From: Lewinellaceae bacterium | Lineage (GTDB): Bacteria > Bacteroidota > Bacteroidia > Chitinophagales > Saprospiraceae | Reading direction: 5' to 3' | Length of the DNA stretch: 64,000 nt | Assembly (NCBI GenBank): GCA_020636005.1 | Contig: JACJYR010000006.1 | Span: 191,723-255,722, forward strand | In this document: piece by piece, positions 9,456 to 19,528 of the stretch | Position numbering within the stretch: the first letter of the stretch is position 1 | Layout: each line of letters starts with the position of its first letter | Made by a program: the position numbers and the translations under genes | Notes under the pieces: generated by a model | Databases searched by the model: none | What the model saw: only the letters and a program-made list of their open reading frames with translations | Told to the model about the DNA's origin: nothing

Positions 9456-12400
9456 ATGAAAAATAGCCAGTCACCGTCCATCCATTCTATTTATCAAAAC
9501 GCGTTGCCGTTTTACCTCAACCGGACGGACATCTGCGCCGCCGATGAAGAAGGGAAGATTTTTGCAGTAAAGTTTTTCGAGTCTTTACTTCAGGAAAAAT
9601 TGGCCATCCAGTTGAATGCCTCCAGCAGTTCTTCCGATAAGCTCCGCCACTTGTACTTTGAATCCAGGAACCTGGAAAAAACGTTTGGGCCAAAAACCCT
9701 GGGTTTTGGCTTCCCATTGCTCATCGACACGTATGAAGGCGAACTGTTCGTATCCCCTTTATTCATTTGGCTGTTGTCCATCGAGCCTGCCCAGGCGAAG
9801 GTTGATGCCTGGATTCTGAAGTTTTCCAACCAAAGCCACCTGCTCCCTAACTTCCGCGCCGCCAACTTCCTGAAAGAAAAATACGACCTCGACCTGACTG
9901 AAAAAATGAAGGGGATGACCTTTGGCAGAACATTGAACGGTCCGGCGCTCCAAGCCTTTTGCCAGGAACTGGCCGACCGGCTTCATTTTGAAAAGTTTGG
10001 GGCCGATGAAAAAATCATCCCGTGCCCCGGTATTGATGAAATTGGAAATTACACGGAAAAGGGCGCTATCCATTGGTCGGGGGTGTTGAGTATTTTCCCT
10101 CCGCAAGACAGCAAAAAACCAGACAGCCAGCCCAAGCCAGAGGATGTTTTTGTGCCTTCTGCCATGCCATCCAAAGCCGATGATCCGGTATTTCCGTTTT
10201 TGCCTGCCGACCCGGAGCAAGTTTCGGCCCTTGAAATAGTGGAAGCCAACAAAGTATCGGTGGTGGAAGGCGTTGACTCATTGGGTAAAACACAAACCCT
10301 GATCAACCTAATCATCCATGCCCTGGCCTGTGGCAAAAAATGCCTGGTCGTCTCTGAACGGGCACCTGCGCTTAAACATACCCAGAAATTTTTGGCCAAT
10401 ACAGGGCTTATCCAACTTCACTTTTTGCTCGATGACGCACTGAACGACAAAATGCCTTTGCTGGAACTGATGAGGGTAGCAGCAAAAGGGGGCAGCCGGA
10501 CGGTTAGTTACAACGCCGAGGAATATCAGGCCAAAAAAAACAAGTTTGCACGGGAAAAAACGAAACTGGATGCTGCTTACGGAGCCGTCAAAAAAAAGGT
10601 CTTTGGGGATTACAATTGGACGGAAACTGTGGGCCTTTTCCTGGCCAGCAACCGGGTTGAGGGCAAGGAACTCTTGACCAGCCAACTGAATGGCCAGGAT
10701 TTTAAATACAATGTGGCAGAATATGAATCCTTCAAAAATGGCATATTGACCTGCCACCCGCTTTTTCAAAAAGTAAAGACCCTCTCCCACCCGCTCGGCA
10801 ACCTGCACGATCAGGTTTTTCAGCAACCATCCGCTGAGGAGGCCCTGCATTTTGTAAAAAAACAGCTCAGGCATTTCCTGGACAAAACCTCCAAACTTCA
10901 GCACCGTTTTATCGGCAAGATAGACAGCTATGGCGCAAGGCTGCGGGAACATTACCGGGCTTATTTCGAACAGATGCAAGATATGAACCGGGCGCTCAAA
11001 GAAAATATCCTAGCCAAAGGCGACGAACTGGGCAACGATTTCAGGGAAGCGGGTTCAGGATATTTCAAGCTTTACCTGCTCTTTTCAACCAAAAAGAAAA
11101 AAATTGCCAAGGCCCAGGAAGAGGTGGGCAAACAATACCAGACCCTTGTCAAAACCTTTACTTCCCAACCCTATTTCGACTTTCAATTCCAACCCTGCAA
11201 GGACGGCCTGCATATCCCCAACACCCTTGCGAATATTGAGGCATTCGGGAAAGCACTTAACGAATGGCACAGCAAATTGGACAGCCAGGTGCAGGAAGAG
11301 GTGATGCGCCTGAACAGCAAAACGGCCCATCCCAGCCTGGACGTAAAGGAGCAAATCACCGAACTTGAGTACTCACTGGACGTGCTACTGGAAGAACTCA
11401 ACGAGGCCAACCTTTACCAAAAAAACCTCGAAAACAAAACCCTCACGATACCCCAGCGCCAGAAATACCTGGAAAGCATCATCGAACAACTGGAAAACAC
11501 ACAGCTTAACCTTCGTGATTTCGACCTGTTTTTCCAATGGCAGTCTAGCTGGCTCGCCCTCGGCCCCATGGGGCAAAAGGTGGTGCGGGCCCTTGTCAAG
11601 GTGAAACCCGACGACTGGATGGCGGCTTTTGAAAGCTGGTACTTCAACAATTTGCTGACCTATGCGCAAATGCCTGATTTGCCGGCGGAGGAAGCCTTGG
11701 TAAAAAATTACGCAGAGAGCTGGCACGCCCTGCGTCCGCTCATTTTACCGCATATCCAGCAACTATGGCAATCGAGGCAGGAAGCTGAACTGAAAGAACT
11801 CAGGAAAAAAGACAAGAAAAAATATCAATTGATTTTTGAAAAGAACGGCCACCAACAAGCAGCCAGTATGCCATTGGGCGATGTGCTGCAGGGCGGTTAC
11901 GATGCCGTCAGTGCTTTCCTGCCAGTGCTGTTCACCACGCCGCATGTAGCCATGAATATGTTGCCCGTTGGCAAGGGCTACTTCGATTATGTCATCCTGG
12001 AAGAAGCGAACCGGTTTTCTGTTGAAACAGCCACTGCACTGGCGCCCCTGGGCAAACAGATCGCCCTGTTTGGCAGCAACGACAGCAATGGCGGGGAGAC
12101 CAGCATCCTTCAATATGCCCTTGAAAATGAAGTGGCGTTTTCCCCAATCACCAACCTGTACCACGTGCCGGCAAGGGGGCTATCCGCCCTCCTGAACCCG
12201 AACGGGATGCAGCAATTTCCGAATGAATACCTGGTAGAAAGTGCGGAAGGTCGTTTTCATGAAATTGACAACACGAACGACGTGGAAGCCCAGCACATCA
12301 TCCGGCAGTTGAACCAGGTAAAGCAGACGCCACAAAGGGTTTACCCAACAGTGGGCATTGTGGCCTTTACCGTGGAGCAACGGGACTTAATAGCCAATTA

Positions 12401-13223
12401 CCTGCTCAAATTGAAACAGCAGAACGCAGTCGGCAGCGAGAAGATCCAGCAGTTGGAGCGGAACGGTATGGGGGTATTCTTCATTGATGAACTGTTTGGG
12501 CAGCATTTCGACATCCTGATCCTCTCCTGCACCTTTGGCACCGTCAACCTGCAAGGCTCATTGACCAAGAAAATCATCTTCCTGAACACCCCCGAAGGTA
12601 TCAGCCAGGTTAAGATGTTGATCAACAAACCGGTGCAACAGCTCCAGATCATCCATTCGTTTTCAGAAGATCAGTTGGAAAAATTCCGGATCAAGCAATG
12701 GGAAGAAGGCACCTGGCTATTGGCCAATTTTATTCAACTGGCAGAAGCCATGAGGGCAGGCAATACAAAGCAGGTCAAGCACTTACAGGAAATGATCGGC
12801 AAGGTGGAAGAACCCAAAGCCTCCAAGTCCTTGTTTACCCAGGAAGTCATCAATGCGCTGCGCCCATATTTTGACGAAAAACGGTTTGTCAAAAACAAGG
12901 TTATGGAAGACGTGGTGCTGCCGCTGTGCATCAAGCCCCAGCATCCCAACGGACAACCGCTCACAGTTCACCCGGACGGCTTCTTTGCAGATACAAACGC
13001 CACCTCCGGGCTATGGGAACAACAGCAACGTGACAAGCTTGCAAGCGCCGGCTTTTCCTACCTGCCCGTTTGGTCGCTGGGCTGGTTTAAAAATCCGTCC
13101 CAGGAAGCAAGGTTGCTGGCCAGTAAAATTATCAAGTTGGATTCCAGCTTGCCTGAAAACGAAGCTATCAAGGAAAACCTTGACGTTAAAAAAGAAGTAA
13201 AAGACAAAGATGGCAAGCAGTAG
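9456..13223 (+). CDS. Large SF1 (Upf1-like) helicase-related protein with a DUF4011-like N-terminus and a DUF559-like C-terminal nuclease fold; several catalytic motifs are degenerate
   Basis: The P-loop GVDSLGKTQT fits G....GK[ST]. The Walker B-like FDYVILEEANRF sits where FD.VI.DEASQ is expected. The motif III region reads QIALFGSNDS. A late segment, VGIVAFTVEQRDLI...VFFIDELFGQHFDILILSCTFG, replaces ...NVQGDERD... The C-terminus PLTVHPDGFFADT...QQQRDKLASAGFSYLPVWSLGWFKNP resembles IECDG..YH...RDR.R...L...GW...RIWS.DW. Confidence 0.6.
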   Translation: MKNSQSPSIHSIYQNALPFYLNRTDICAADEEGKIFAVKFFESLLQEKLAIQLNASSSSSDKLRHLYFESRNLEKTFGPKTLGFGFPLLIDTYEGELFVSPLFIWLLSIEPAQAKVDAWILKFSNQSHLLPNFRAANFLKEKYDLDLTEKMKGMTFGRTLNGPALQAFCQELADRLHFEKFGADEKIIPCPGIDEIGNYTEKGAIHWSGVLSIFPPQDSKKPDSQPKPEDVFVPSAMPSKADDPVFPFLPADPEQVSALEIVEANKVSVVEGVDSLGKTQTLINLIIHALACGKKCLVVSERAPALKHTQKFLANTGLIQLHFLLDDALNDKMPLLELMRVAAKGGSRTVSYNAEEYQAKKNKFAREKTKLDAAYGAVKKKVFGDYNWTETVGLFLASNRVEGKELLTSQLNGQDFKYNVAEYESFKNGILTCHPLFQKVKTLSHPLGNLHDQVFQQPSAEEALHFVKKQLRHFLDKTSKLQHRFIGKIDSYGARLREHYRAYFEQMQDMNRALKENILAKGDELGNDFREAGSGYFKLYLLFSTKKKKIAKAQEEVGKQYQTLVKTFTSQPYFDFQFQPCKDGLHIPNTLANIEAFGKALNEWHSKLDSQVQEEVMRLNSKTAHPSLDVKEQITELEYSLDVLLEELNEANLYQKNLENKTLTIPQRQKYLESIIEQLENTQLNLRDFDLFFQWQSSWLALGPMGQKVVRALVKVKPDDWMAAFESWYFNNLLTYAQMPDLPAEEALVKNYAESWHALRPLILPHIQQLWQSRQEAELKELRKKDKKKYQLIFEKNGHQQAASMPLGDVLQGGYDAVSAFLPVLFTTPHVAMNMLPVGKGYFDYVILEEANRFSVETATALAPLGKQIALFGSNDSNGGETSILQYALENEVAFSPITNLYHVPARGLSALLNPNGMQQFPNEYLVESAEGRFHEIDNTNDVEAQHIIRQLNQVKQTPQRVYPTVGIVAFTVEQRDLIANYLLKLKQQNAVGSEKIQQLERNGMGVFFIDELFGQHFDILILSCTFGTVNLQGSLTKKIIFLNTPEGISQVKMLINKPVQQLQIIHSFSEDQLEKFRIKQWEEGTWLLANFIQLAEAMRAGNTKQVKHLQEMIGKVEEPKASKSLFTQEVINALRPYFDEKRFVKNKVMEDVVLPLCIKPQHPNGQPLTVHPDGFFADTNATSGLWEQQQRDKLASAGFSYLPVWSLGWFKNPSQEARLLASKIIKLDSSLPENEAIKENLDVKKEVKDKDGKQ

Positions 13224-13257
13224 AAACGTCGTTGGAGGTATTGCCCCGACGACGTTT
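13224..13257. terminator. Hairpin between the convergent helicase-like gene and pntB
   Basis: The sequence AAACGTCGTtggaggtattgcccCGACGACGTTT has a 9-10 bp stem and sits directly after the TAG stop at 13221-13223. Confidence 0.45.
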
Positions 13258-13274
13258 GAGCCGTTAAAATATCA

Positions 13275-14666
13275 TTATAAATTCTTCAATTCGCCTACCA
13301 GCTTGCTCAGCGTATCCTTCGCATCACCGAAAAGCATTTTAGCCCTTTCATGGAAAAACAGCGGGTTTTCGATGCCTGCATAGCCCGGCCGCATACTACG
13401 TTTCATCACGATGACACTTTTAGCCTCCCAAACCTTGATGACCGGCATGCCATAAATGGGGCTGCCCGGATCATCTTCTGCTGCTGGGTTCACCACGTCG
13501 TTGGCACCAACAATTATTACTACGTCCGTATTGGGCATCTGTGGATTGGCGTCGTCCATTTCCACCAGTTTTGGGTAAGGGACATCCGCTTCGGCCAGCA
13601 ACACGTTCATGTGCCCGGGCATCCTGCCCGCCACGGGGTGAATGGCATAATATACTTCTACGCCTTTCTTTTCCAGGCTTTTTTCAAAATCGTGGCAAAC
13701 GTGCTGGGCTTGCGCTACTGCAAGGCCGTAACCAGGGACGATGCAGACTTTGCTGGCATAGGCACACATGATGGCGGCATCGTTCAGGGTGACTTCCCGG
13801 TAGGATTGTTCGCCTGACGCTTTTGCACTACCGGCAGAGCCGCCACCGAAACCACCTATCAGTACGTTCATCAAGGAGCGGTTCATGGCCTTGCACATCA
13901 ATGCCGTCAGGATGAGGCCCGATGCGCCCACCAAAATACCGCCTATGAGCATGATGCGGTTGCTGTAAATGAGGCCGCCAAATGCTCCCGCTATACCCGA
14001 AAGGGAGTTCAGCAAGGCTATGACGACGGGCATGTCGGCACCACCGATGGGCATTACGAAGAAAATCCCGTATAAAAAGGACAATCCGAGCAGTATCCAG
14101 CCGCCATTGGCGCCAAGTGTTTCTGGGCTTAATATCCCCATTGTCATCAACACGAGGATTACTGCCAGCATGAGCCAGTTGAGGTAAGTCATCAGCCTCC
14201 CGCTGACGTCCTTGATTTTGTCGTCGAGTTTTCCATAGGCGACCATGGATCCACTAAAAGTAACGGTGCCCACAACGATGCCCAGGTAGGCGACCAGCAA
14301 AAAGCCCCAATCGGTGCTGTCGCTGGAGAAAAACTCCATGCAGGCAATGATGGCAGAGGTTGCACCGCCGGTGCCGTTAAAAAAGGAAACCATCTGTGGC
14401 ATGGCGGTCATCTTGACCCTGGTGGCCATCACATAGCCAATGGCAGAACCAACTACCAAACCGCCCACAATCCAGGCCAGGTTTCCGATGCCTTCACCCG
14501 CTTCATTCTTGTGGAAAAGGATGGTTCCAAGGATAGCGAGGGTCATGCCCGCCGCTGCTATGTTGTTGCCCTGCCGAGCACTGTCGGGGCTGCTCAGTTT
14601 CCTCAACCCGATGATAAAGGTGACGCAACCGACGATATAAAATAGTTCGAGCAAAAATTCTGACAT
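13275..14666 (-). CDS. pntB: NAD(P) transhydrogenase subunit beta
   Basis: This 463-aa protein has a polytopic N-terminal half and a C-terminal NADP(H)-binding domain (VPGYGLAVAQAQH, IHPVAGRMPGHMNVLLAEA, VIIVGANDVVNPAA). Confidence 0.92.
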   Translation of the reverse strand: MSEFLLELFYIVGCVTFIIGLRKLSSPDSARQGNNIAAAGMTLAILGTILFHKNEAGEGIGNLAWIVGGLVVGSAIGYVMATRVKMTAMPQMVSFFNGTGGATSAIIACMEFFSSDSTDWGFLLVAYLGIVVGTVTFSGSMVAYGKLDDKIKDVSGRLMTYLNWLMLAVILVLMTMGILSPETLGANGGWILLGLSFLYGIFFVMPIGGADMPVVIALLNSLSGIAGAFGGLIYSNRIMLIGGILVGASGLILTALMCKAMNRSLMNVLIGGFGGGSAGSAKASGEQSYREVTLNDAAIMCAYASKVCIVPGYGLAVAQAQHVCHDFEKSLEKKGVEVYYAIHPVAGRMPGHMNVLLAEADVPYPKLVEMDDANPQMPNTDVVIIVGANDVVNPAAEDDPGSPIYGMPVIKVWEAKSVIVMKRSMRPGYAGIENPLFFHERAKMLFGDAKDTLSKLVGELKNL

Positions 14667-14718
14667 GGTTGATCGTTATTCGTTGTTGTTTCAAACAAGG
14701 ATGGTAAGCCCTGTCCGA

Positions 14719-15027
14719 TTACTTTCTTTTTTTAAACATGGAGAGCATCCGGCCTGTGACGGCAAAACCGCCCACGACGTTAAGTGTGCCGAGCACAACT
14801 GCCAGAAAGCCCAGCACCAGGGCCAGGGTGTCGTCGGGCCTTGCATGGCCCACTACAATGATAGACCCCATGATCACCACCCCAGAGACGGCGTTGGAAC
14901 CCGACATCAGGGGCGTGTGGAGCAGGGCCGGCACATTTTTGATCACTTCCGTGCCCAAAAAAATGGCCAGGACGACCAGGAATATCATATCCTGGTTTTG
15001 GAGGAAAAATTCTGAAAAAGCTTGCAT
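14719..15027 (-). CDS. pntA: NAD(P) transhydrogenase subunit alpha part 2 (membrane part)
   Basis: This 102-aa three-TM protein lies between pntAA and pntB. That is the typical split-alpha arrangement. Confidence 0.85.
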   Translation of the reverse strand: MQAFSEFFLQNQDMIFLVVLAIFLGTEVIKNVPALLHTPLMSGSNAVSGVVIMGSIIVVGHARPDDTLALVLGFLAVVLGTLNVVGGFAVTGRMLSMFKKRK

Positions 15028-15074
15028 AAGATTATTGATTCTAAAATGCTTATAATCAGGCTAAAAAGGAAGGA

Positions 15075-16205
15075 TCAGGCTTTTCCCAAAACGGCCTTCA
15101 GCCTTTCGCTGACCACGGCACCCTGGTGGGCGATGCAGGTGGCAGCAATGATGTCGTCATCAAAATTCAACTGCAATTCACCTTTCGGCGAAAGCAGTTT
15201 CAGGAAATTCAGGATGTTTTTGCTGAACATGGAACTGGCATCCCGCGGCAAGGTGGAGGGAAGGTTGGAGTCACCAATTACACACACACCCTGATGATAA
15301 ATCGTTTTGCCGTTTTCCGTCACGGCACAATTTCCGCCAGTTGATGCGGCCAAATCCACAATAACAGAGCCTGGTTTCATGGTTTCCACTGTGGCTTTCT
15401 GGACAATGACAGGTGCCTGCCTGCCAGGGATCTGGGCAGTGCAGATAATGACATCCGCTTGCTTGGCGTGTTCGTGAACTGCTTCGGCCTGTTTTCTTTT
15501 GTAGTCTTCGCTTTGTTCAACGGCATAGCCACCGGCGGCTGCGTTTTCCTGCGCCCCTTCCACTTCCACAAAGCGGGCGCCCAAACTGAGTACCTCTTCT
15601 TTGGCAGCCGTCCTCACATCGAAGGCTTCTACCACTGCACCCAACCTTTTAGCCGTGGCAATGGCCTGCAGGCCGGCCACCCCGGCACCAATGATGAGCA
15701 CTTTAGCAGGTTTGATGGTACCTGCAGCCGTCATAAACATGGGGAAGAAACCAGGGGCCTGGGTAGCAGCAATGAGCACGGCCTTGTAGCCCGCTACGGT
15801 CGCCATGGAGGAAAGTACGTCCATGGCCTGCGCACGGGTAGTCCTCGGCAGCATATCCAAACTGAAGGCTGTCGCTTTTGCCCCGTTGAGTTTTTCAGCC
15901 ACCTCTTTATTGGCTAATGGGTTGAACTGCCCCAGGATTATTTGACCTTCGGAAAGTTTTTTGACCTGATCCCCTGCTAAAAAATGGATCGTTGTAATGA
16001 GGTTGGATTTTTTGAAGATATCGTCACCTGTAGCGACGACGGCCCCAACCTCCTTGTAGGCTTCATCGGGGAAACCTGCATTTTCGCCAGCCTTTTCCTC
16101 TACCAGGATTTTTTCAAAACCCATCTTGAGCAGGGCTGCGGCTATTTCGGGCGTTACGGATACCCTGTTTTCAAAGCTTTGTTCCTTAAGGATACCAAGT
16201 ACCAT
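15075..16205 (-). CDS. pntA: NAD(P) transhydrogenase subunit alpha part 1 (NAD(H)-binding dI)
   Basis: It has an alanine-dehydrogenase/PNT fold with the Rossmann motif VLIIGAGVAGLQAIATAKRLGA. Operon context with pntAB and pntB supports the call. Confidence 0.9.
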   Translation of the reverse strand: MVLGILKEQSFENRVSVTPEIAAALLKMGFEKILVEEKAGENAGFPDEAYKEVGAVVATGDDIFKKSNLITTIHFLAGDQVKKLSEGQIILGQFNPLANKEVAEKLNGAKATAFSLDMLPRTTRAQAMDVLSSMATVAGYKAVLIAATQAPGFFPMFMTAAGTIKPAKVLIIGAGVAGLQAIATAKRLGAVVEAFDVRTAAKEEVLSLGARFVEVEGAQENAAAGGYAVEQSEDYKRKQAEAVHEHAKQADVIICTAQIPGRQAPVIVQKATVETMKPGSVIVDLAASTGGNCAVTENGKTIYHQGVCVIGDSNLPSTLPRDASSMFSKNILNFLKLLSPKGELQLNFDDDIIAATCIAHQGAVVSERLKAVLGKA

Positions 16206-16572
16206 ATTGTTTTTCGTTTCTTGTTGTTTGCAATACTTGAAATGAAGGGCTGAAATTAATGGAATATTACAAATCTTTAGCCCCGGATTCCAAATTCATC
16301 AATATTTAGTTTCGGACATGCTGGATTTGCCCTTTCGGCGGATGCTCCAATTTATCCCCGCTCAGAATGAGGACGGAAAATTCGGTGGGGCAAGAGCACC
16401 ATCAGGTGACAAAACCCAGTGCTTTATGGAGATATTTATCATTCATTAATGATACAGGATGCCAGGCTGGTTTTTCAAATTCATCTGTAATTTTCCTGAG
16501 TCAGTAGAAGAATTTTAACTGGGTTGGAAGAATAACTTTTCTTTGGAAAATCAAATAAAAAAAAGTAAAAAA

Positions 16573-16950
16573 ATGGCAAAAAGAACCCTTAGGGTAACAG
16601 GTTTTACCCGATTTTTCCTGGTAATGATCATCGTGGCCCCTTTGGCTTATATCGGTGCTTCGTACTACAATGGAGATAATGGCGTTGAAAAAATCAAGAG
16701 CTTTCTCAACATGCAAGCCGAGGATGAAACTGCCGAATCAGAAAAACCCGGCAACGACAACGTCAAGCCTGTCAACCAATCACCGGCGAATGCTCAAAAA
16801 ATCATATCATTAGAAACAGAAAACAAAAGGCTGCAGGAGGAACTGGATTTCAAGACAAAACGAGTGGATGAACTTTACAGGGAAAACGAAGAACTGAAGC
16901 GAAAACTGGAAAGCATGGAAAAGACGCTGAACGAAACCAAGGACCAATAG
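16573..16950 (+). CDS. Hypothetical membrane-anchored coiled-coil protein
   Basis: It has an N-terminal TM segment (FTRFFLVMIIVAPLAYIGA) and then a heptad-rich tail (ENKRLQEELDFKTKRVDELYRENEELKRKLESMEK). The start could be 16543 or 16573. Confidence 0.5.
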   Translation: MAKRTLRVTGFTRFFLVMIIVAPLAYIGASYYNGDNGVEKIKSFLNMQAEDETAESEKPGNDNVKPVNQSPANAQKIISLETENKRLQEELDFKTKRVDELYRENEELKRKLESMEKTLNETKDQ

Positions 16951-17013
16951 GATAGCAGGCTGTGATTATATTTGTGCCAGGAAAAACAATTTTCAATAAC
17001 AAAATCAAAAATC

Positions 17014-17349
17014 ATGGAATTCATCCTCACCATCCTTATCAATGGAGTGGCAATTTGGGCCGGTTCGCAGCTCCTGCGCGGCGTTGAAGTGACAGATTTT
17101 TCGAGGGCGCTGATCATTGGCCTTGTAGTAGCACTGCTGAACGCTACCCTCGGCAGTTTTCTCGACTGGATTTCTACGCCCATCCGGTGGATTACCCTTG
17201 GCCTGTTCAGTCTCGTGGTAGATGCCATTGTTTTAATGGTAGCCGATTACTTCCTTAAAGGTTTGAAAATCAAGAATTTCTGGTGGGCAGTGGCATTGGC
17301 CATTGTCGTAGGAGTTGTCAACGGCATCACGCATTGGGTATTTCACTAA
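17014..17349 (+). CDS. Phage-holin-family-4-like small membrane protein (YvlD-like)
   Basis: This 111-aa protein has four predicted TM segments, MEFILTILINGVAIWAGSQLLRGVEV...LIIGLVVALLNATLG...LVVDAIVLMVADYFLKGLKI. I chose the start at the MEFIL Met. Confidence 0.65.
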   Translation: MEFILTILINGVAIWAGSQLLRGVEVTDFSRALIIGLVVALLNATLGSFLDWISTPIRWITLGLFSLVVDAIVLMVADYFLKGLKIKNFWWAVALAIVVGVVNGITHWVFH

Positions 17350-17380
17350 GACGGAAAAAAGGGGGAAACACATGAATTCC

Positions 17381-17596
17381 CTATTCCCAGATCAGGCTTC
17401 GCTTATTTTTGATGTAGCGCTTCACATTGAGCCAAAAGGCTACAAAAAGGTAGAATATCACAGGTGAACCGAGTGTCACAAAGGATAGATAAATGAAATA
17501 CAGACGAACCCTGGCAGAAGCCAGGCCCATCTTGTCCCCAAGATAGCTGCATACGCCAAAGGCGGATCGTTCCATTAAATCTTTTAGCGTTTTCAT
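17381..17596 (-). CDS. PspC-domain membrane protein
   Basis: The 71-aa sequence GVCSYLGDKMGLASARVRLYFIYLSFVTLGSPVIFYLFVAFWL fits the PspC pattern (GVC.GLA..........R..F). It lies 80 nt downstream of the ECF sigma gene on the same strand. Confidence 0.75.
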   Translation of the reverse strand: MKTLKDLMERSAFGVCSYLGDKMGLASARVRLYFIYLSFVTLGSPVIFYLFVAFWLNVKRYIKNKRSLIWE

Positions 17597-17676
17597 GAGG
17601 ACAAATGTAAAAATTAAAAGGCAAAAGTAGCACGGGCTGCTTTTGCCTTTTAATTTTAACCAAAGCAGTATGGGAG

Positions 17677-18258
17677 TTATTGCAGTTGCACTTCCTTCTC
17701 CGCCACCATCTTGCGAATGTTGATAAGTGCATAGCGCATACGCCCCAAAGCCGTGTTGATGCTCACCCTGGTCAGGGCTGCGATCTCCTTGAAACTCATG
17801 TCGGCATAATGGCGGAGGATGACTACTTCCCTTTGTTCAGGCGGCAGCATATCCACCAAATGGCGGATTCTGTCGTGGGTCTGGCTACGCATGATGAGCT
17901 GCTCGGCATTTGGCTCGTTGGTATGCAACACATCGAAAATATCGAATGTTTCGTTGGGATGCACATGCGGGCGGCGTTTGCCACGGCGGAAGTAGTCAAC
18001 ACAAAGGTTGTAGGAAATCCGCAAGGCCCATTGGCCGAACTTCCCTTCGTGGTTGTACTTTCCACTGCGCAGGGTGTTGATAATTTTGATAAAGACTTCC
18101 TGGAAGATGTCTTCGGCGAGGGTCTCATCTTTAACAAAAAGATAGATGGACGTGTAAATTTTTTGCTGATAACGGTCGAGCAATTCTTTGAATGCTCTTT
18201 CATCCCCATCAAGGTAGAGGGCAATAAGTTGCTGATCATTTACTGGCGTAACTTGCAT
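17677..18258 (-). CDS. ECF-type sigma-70 family RNA polymerase sigma factor
   Basis: Region 2 reads DERAFKELLDRYQQKIY...AEDIFQEVFIKI...WALRISYNLCVDYFR. Region 4 reads LPPEQREVVILRHYADMSFKEIAALTRVSINTALGRMRYAL. Confidence 0.88.
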   Translation of the reverse strand: MQVTPVNDQQLIALYLDGDERAFKELLDRYQQKIYTSIYLFVKDETLAEDIFQEVFIKIINTLRSGKYNHEGKFGQWALRISYNLCVDYFRRGKRRPHVHPNETFDIFDVLHTNEPNAEQLIMRSQTHDRIRHLVDMLPPEQREVVILRHYADMSFKEIAALTRVSINTALGRMRYALINIRKMVAEKEVQLQ

Positions 18259-18760
18259 AACTAAATCTAGTTTAGTGAAGAAATGTTCGAGACTGATTTA
18301 GTGTAGAAGTTTTACGCCTATAAGATATAATTTTAAAAAGGAGATGTTGAAAAGTGAAGGATATGAATGCTCATTTACAAAGACGAAGCCAAGATAGAAA
18401 TTTCATCTAAGAAAACTTACTTTTCATCTTCTTTAACAAAAAATTAGTCGTTCTTTGAAAATAAATGTAAGCTGTTGAACGAATTCCGGCACAAAGAAAT
18501 AAGCTTTTTTTAAAACATCAAAGCTGCTGCGAGAAAAATATTCCATCACCAGGACTTGCCCAAAGTTAATTTGCCAATCAACGTGCCGACCGAATCTAAG
18601 TACAATGCAAATGGTCAAAGCATACACTTGATTCTTTAGGAAAAAGCTGATTTTAGCCAATTTCTATTCTCTTTTGGCCAAACAGAACTTAATCTTTACT
18701 TTTGCCGCCTCCGTTACCGAAATCTTTCAAAAAGGTGAATTCTCACAAATTAATCTATTT

Positions 18761-19528
18761 ATGAAACGTCAGCGCATCGTTGCGGGAAACTGGAAAATGA
18801 ACAAAACTTTTGACGAAGGACGTGATTTAGCCATCTCCATTATCCAGCAGCTCGGCCCATCCGAAAACCTGGCGGTACTTTGCCCTCCTTTTATACACCT
18901 CAACTATTTGTCGGTCCTCACGAATGGCATAGCCAACCTGAAATTAGGAGCACAAAATTGCCATTTTGAAGAAAGTGGAGCTTTCACTGGAGAAATTTCA
19001 GCTGCTATGCTGAAATCCGTTGAAGCTGAGTTTGTCATCCTGGGCCATTCAGAAAGAAGGGAATATTTCAAGGAGGCTGGCGAACTTTTAGCCAAAAAAG
19101 TGGATTCCACACTTAAACATGGCCTCCGACCCATATTTTGTTGCGGTGAAAAACTGGATGCCAGGGAAGCCGGCAATCAGGAAGAAATAGTGAAGCAACA
19201 ACTCGAGGAGGGGCTATTCCACCTGGAAGAAAGCCAATTTTCAAATGTTGTTATCGCTTACGAACCAGTTTGGGCCATCGGCACCGGCAAAACTGCCTCA
19301 CCTGAACAAGCACAGGAAATGCACCGTTATATCCGTAACCTCATTTCCTTAAAATACTCCAGCCATACCGCCAACCTGACGACCATCCTTTACGGCGGCA
19401 GTTGTAACCCCAAAAATGCAAAAGAACTATTCAGCCAACCTGACGTGGATGGTGGGCTGATTGGGGGTGCTTCCCTCCATGCAACTGATTTCATTTCTAT
19501 ATTTAACAGCTTTCCTGTTTCTGGTTGA
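18761..19528 (+). CDS. tpiA: Triosephosphate isomerase
   Basis: TIM signatures are present: VAGNWKMN, ILGHSERR, AYEPVWAIGTGKTA and YGGS...GGLIGGASL. I chose the start at MKRQRIVAGNWKMN (18761), not the upstream ORF-track Met. Confidence 0.93.
   Translation: MKRQRIVAGNWKMNKTFDEGRDLAISIIQQLGPSENLAVLCPPFIHLNYLSVLTNGIANLKLGAQNCHFEESGAFTGEISAAMLKSVEAEFVILGHSERREYFKEAGELLAKKVDSTLKHGLRPIFCCGEKLDAREAGNQEEIVKQQLEEGLFHLEESQFSNVVIAYEPVWAIGTGKTASPEQAQEMHRYIRNLISLKYSSHTANLTTILYGGSCNPKNAKELFSQPDVDGGLIGGASLHATDFISIFNSFPVSG

Noticed and set aside
17680-18264. A 194-aa ORF exactly antisense to the ECF sigma gene.
   Set aside because: The minus-strand translation has clear sigma regions 2 and 4, and the antisense product has no family resemblance.
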